From a virus (taxonomy: Duplodnaviria > Caudoviricetes): a stretch of DNA of 26,019 nt. This document shows, one piece after another, positions 24,268 through 26,019 of this stretch. Numbering within the stretch: position 1 is the first letter of the stretch; every line of letters starts with the position of its first letter. The stretch covers positions 1 through 26,019 of IMG/VR virus record IMGVR_UViG_3300042901_002923, one strand, 5' to 3'. Made by a program: the position numbers and the translations under genes. Below the pieces are notes generated by a model. That model was given only the letters and a program-made list of their open reading frames with translations, did not search any database and was not told the origin of the DNA.

Positions 24268-26019
24268 ATGAGTGAACAGAATTTAACGATTTGGCAAAGG
24301 TTATCCAAAACCTTTGGACCCAATTCTTTGTTAGGTCAAGATTATCCCACATATAAGTTTGACAAAAAAGTATTATTACGTACAACTGACAGAACTGAAT
24401 ATGAGAGGGAAAAGTTACAAGCACAACAAAGTTTTTATTTAGCAAATCAGTGGGCTAAAGTTGAAAACAATCTATACTCTCAGGCCATTTATTATGAACC
24501 ATCTAGGTTATCGGCACAATATGATTATGAGTCAATGGAATACACGCCTGAAATTTCCGCAGCTTTGGACATTTATGCTGAGGAATCAACAACAACTAAT
24601 GAAGATGGATTTATTTTGCAAATTTACTCGGAATCTAAAAGAATCAAATCAGTTTTAGCTGACCTTTTCAACAATACTTTAGATATAAACACAAATCTAC
24701 CCATGTGGACAAGAAACACTTGTAAGTATGGTGATAACTTCGTTTATCTTAAATTGGACCCTGAAAAAGGAATTGTTGGTTGTCAACAATTACCTACAAT
24801 CGAAATCGAAAGAAGAGAAGTGGGAACATCACAGAAAATTACAGTTGAACCTGATAAGCCTGAAGATAGAAAAGCACTTCACTTTGATTGGAAAAATAAA
24901 AACATGACATTCCAATCATGGGAAATTGCACATTTTAGATTATTAGGTGATGACAGGAGGTTACCTTACGGTACTTCAATGTTAGAAAAAGCAAGAAGAA
25001 TTTGGAAACAATTATTATTATCTGAAGATGCGATGTTGATTTATCGTACTTCTAGAGCACCTGAAAGAAGAATTTTCAAAGTTTTCGTCGGAAACATGAA
25101 CGATGATGATGTTGAAGCATATGTACAGCGTGTTGCCAACAAATTCAAGAGGGAACAAATAGTAGATAGTAAAACGGGTCAAGTTGATATGAGATTTAAT
25201 CAGATGGCGGTAGACCAAGATTATTTCGTTCCTGTCAGAGACCCAGCAGCACCGAGTCCAATTGACACACTTCCTGGTGCACAAAATTTATCAGAAATTG
25301 CTGATATTGAATATATTCAGAAAAAATTACTAACAGCTCTTAGAGTTCCTAAAGCATTTTTAGGATTTGAGGAGGTGGTAGGTGATGGTAAAAACCTTTC
25401 CTTACAAGACATCAGGTTTGCCAGAACAATCAATAGGATTCAAAAAAGTATGCTACAGGAATTAAATAAAATTGCAATTGTACATTTATTCCTTTTAGGC
25501 TTTGAAGATGAACTTGAGAATTTTACTTTAGGTCTTACAAATCCCTCTACTCAAGCCGACCTACTCAAAATTGATGTTTGGAAAGAAAAGGTCACACTAT
25601 ATAAAGATATGGTATCTGACCCAGGAGGTGGAATATCTGCAACATCTACAACCTGGGCTAAAAAACATATTTTTGGTTGGTCAGATGATGAAGTCAAATT
25701 GGATTTACAACAACAAAGATTAGAAAGAGCTGTGGGTGAAGAATTGAAAGCAACACCAACGGTAATAACAAAAACAGGAATATTTGATAATTTAGACAAA
25801 CTATATGGGTCAACCACTGGAGGAACTACAACACAATCAGCACCTGAAACAGGAGGATTTGAACCCTCAGGTGCGGAAACAATGGCACCACCGCCCCCAG
25901 AACAACCAGCACCTGAAGCTCCAGCAGCACCTGGAGCAACTCCTGAGGGAGGTGAAGTTACACCAGAATCCAAAACTAAAGAATTAAATATTTTAGTTGA
26001 AAATAACTTTATTGAAGGT
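24268..26019 (+). CDS. Portal protein (T4 gp20-like), truncated at the window edge
   Basis: Frame from ATG 24268 (MSEQNLTIWQRL) read at start, middle and end; PEISAALDIYAEE and YGTSMLEKARRIWKQLLLSEDAMLIYRTSRAPERRIF; absent from the ORF track because there is no stop in the window. Confidence 0.93.
   Translation, partial: MSEQNLTIWQRLSKTFGPNSLLGQDYPTYKFDKKVLLRTTDRTEYEREKLQAQQSFYLANQWAKVENNLYSQAIYYEPSRLSAQYDYESMEYTPEISAALDIYAEESTTTNEDGFILQIYSESKRIKSVLADLFNNTLDINTNLPMWTRNTCKYGDNFVYLKLDPEKGIVGCQQLPTIEIERREVGTSQKITVEPDKPEDRKALHFDWKNKNMTFQSWEIAHFRLLGDDRRLPYGTSMLEKARRIWKQLLLSEDAMLIYRTSRAPERRIFKVFVGNMNDDDVEAYVQRVANKFKREQIVDSKTGQVDMRFNQMAVDQDYFVPVRDPAAPSPIDTLPGAQNLSEIADIEYIQKKLLTALRVPKAFLGFEEVVGDGKNLSLQDIRFARTINRIQKSMLQELNKIAIVHLFLLGFEDELENFTLGLTNPSTQADLLKIDVWKEKVTLYKDMVSDPGGGISATSTTWAKKHIFGWSDDEVKLDLQQQRLERAVGEELKATPTVITKTGIFDNLDKLYGSTTGGTTTQSAPETGGFEPSGAETMAPPPPEQPAPEAPAAPGATPEGGEVTPESKTKELNILVENNFIEG

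Noticed and set aside
24197-25987. Short ORF-track calls in the last 1.8 kb
   Set aside because: All overlap the portal frame starting at 24268
1-26019. Stop-codon reassignment as in some large phages
   Set aside because: Recognisable genes are full length in the standard code, and TAA, TAG and TGA all end genes at sensible positions

Overview
AT-rich segment of a large T4-like (jumbo-type) tailed phage genome, most likely infecting a Bacteroidota host. The host inference rests on TAnnTTTG promoters, no obvious Shine-Dalgarno sites, a tmRNA tag resuming at Gly, and a Bacteroidota-style TonB receptor/lipoprotein pair. The right arm (15.5-26 kb, + strand) is a late/head module: a multidomain nucleotidyltransferase-M23-PG-binding protein, a Thr/Pro-repeat protein, acidic head-associated proteins, the terminase large subunit and a gp20-like portal that runs off the window and is missing from the ORF track. 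The left arm (mostly - strand) is an accessory region with tRNA-Arg(UCU) and an envelope cluster (TonB-dependent receptor + lipoprotein behind an 11-bp-period triple repeat, small beta-barrel, PspC, unannotated membrane micro-proteins). The middle is a protein quality-control cluster: a tmRNA with an unusually extended tag ending in -EA, an N-domain-less ClpC-type ATPase, Hsp20 and two metallopeptidases. All calls come from manual motif reading; no database searches were run.
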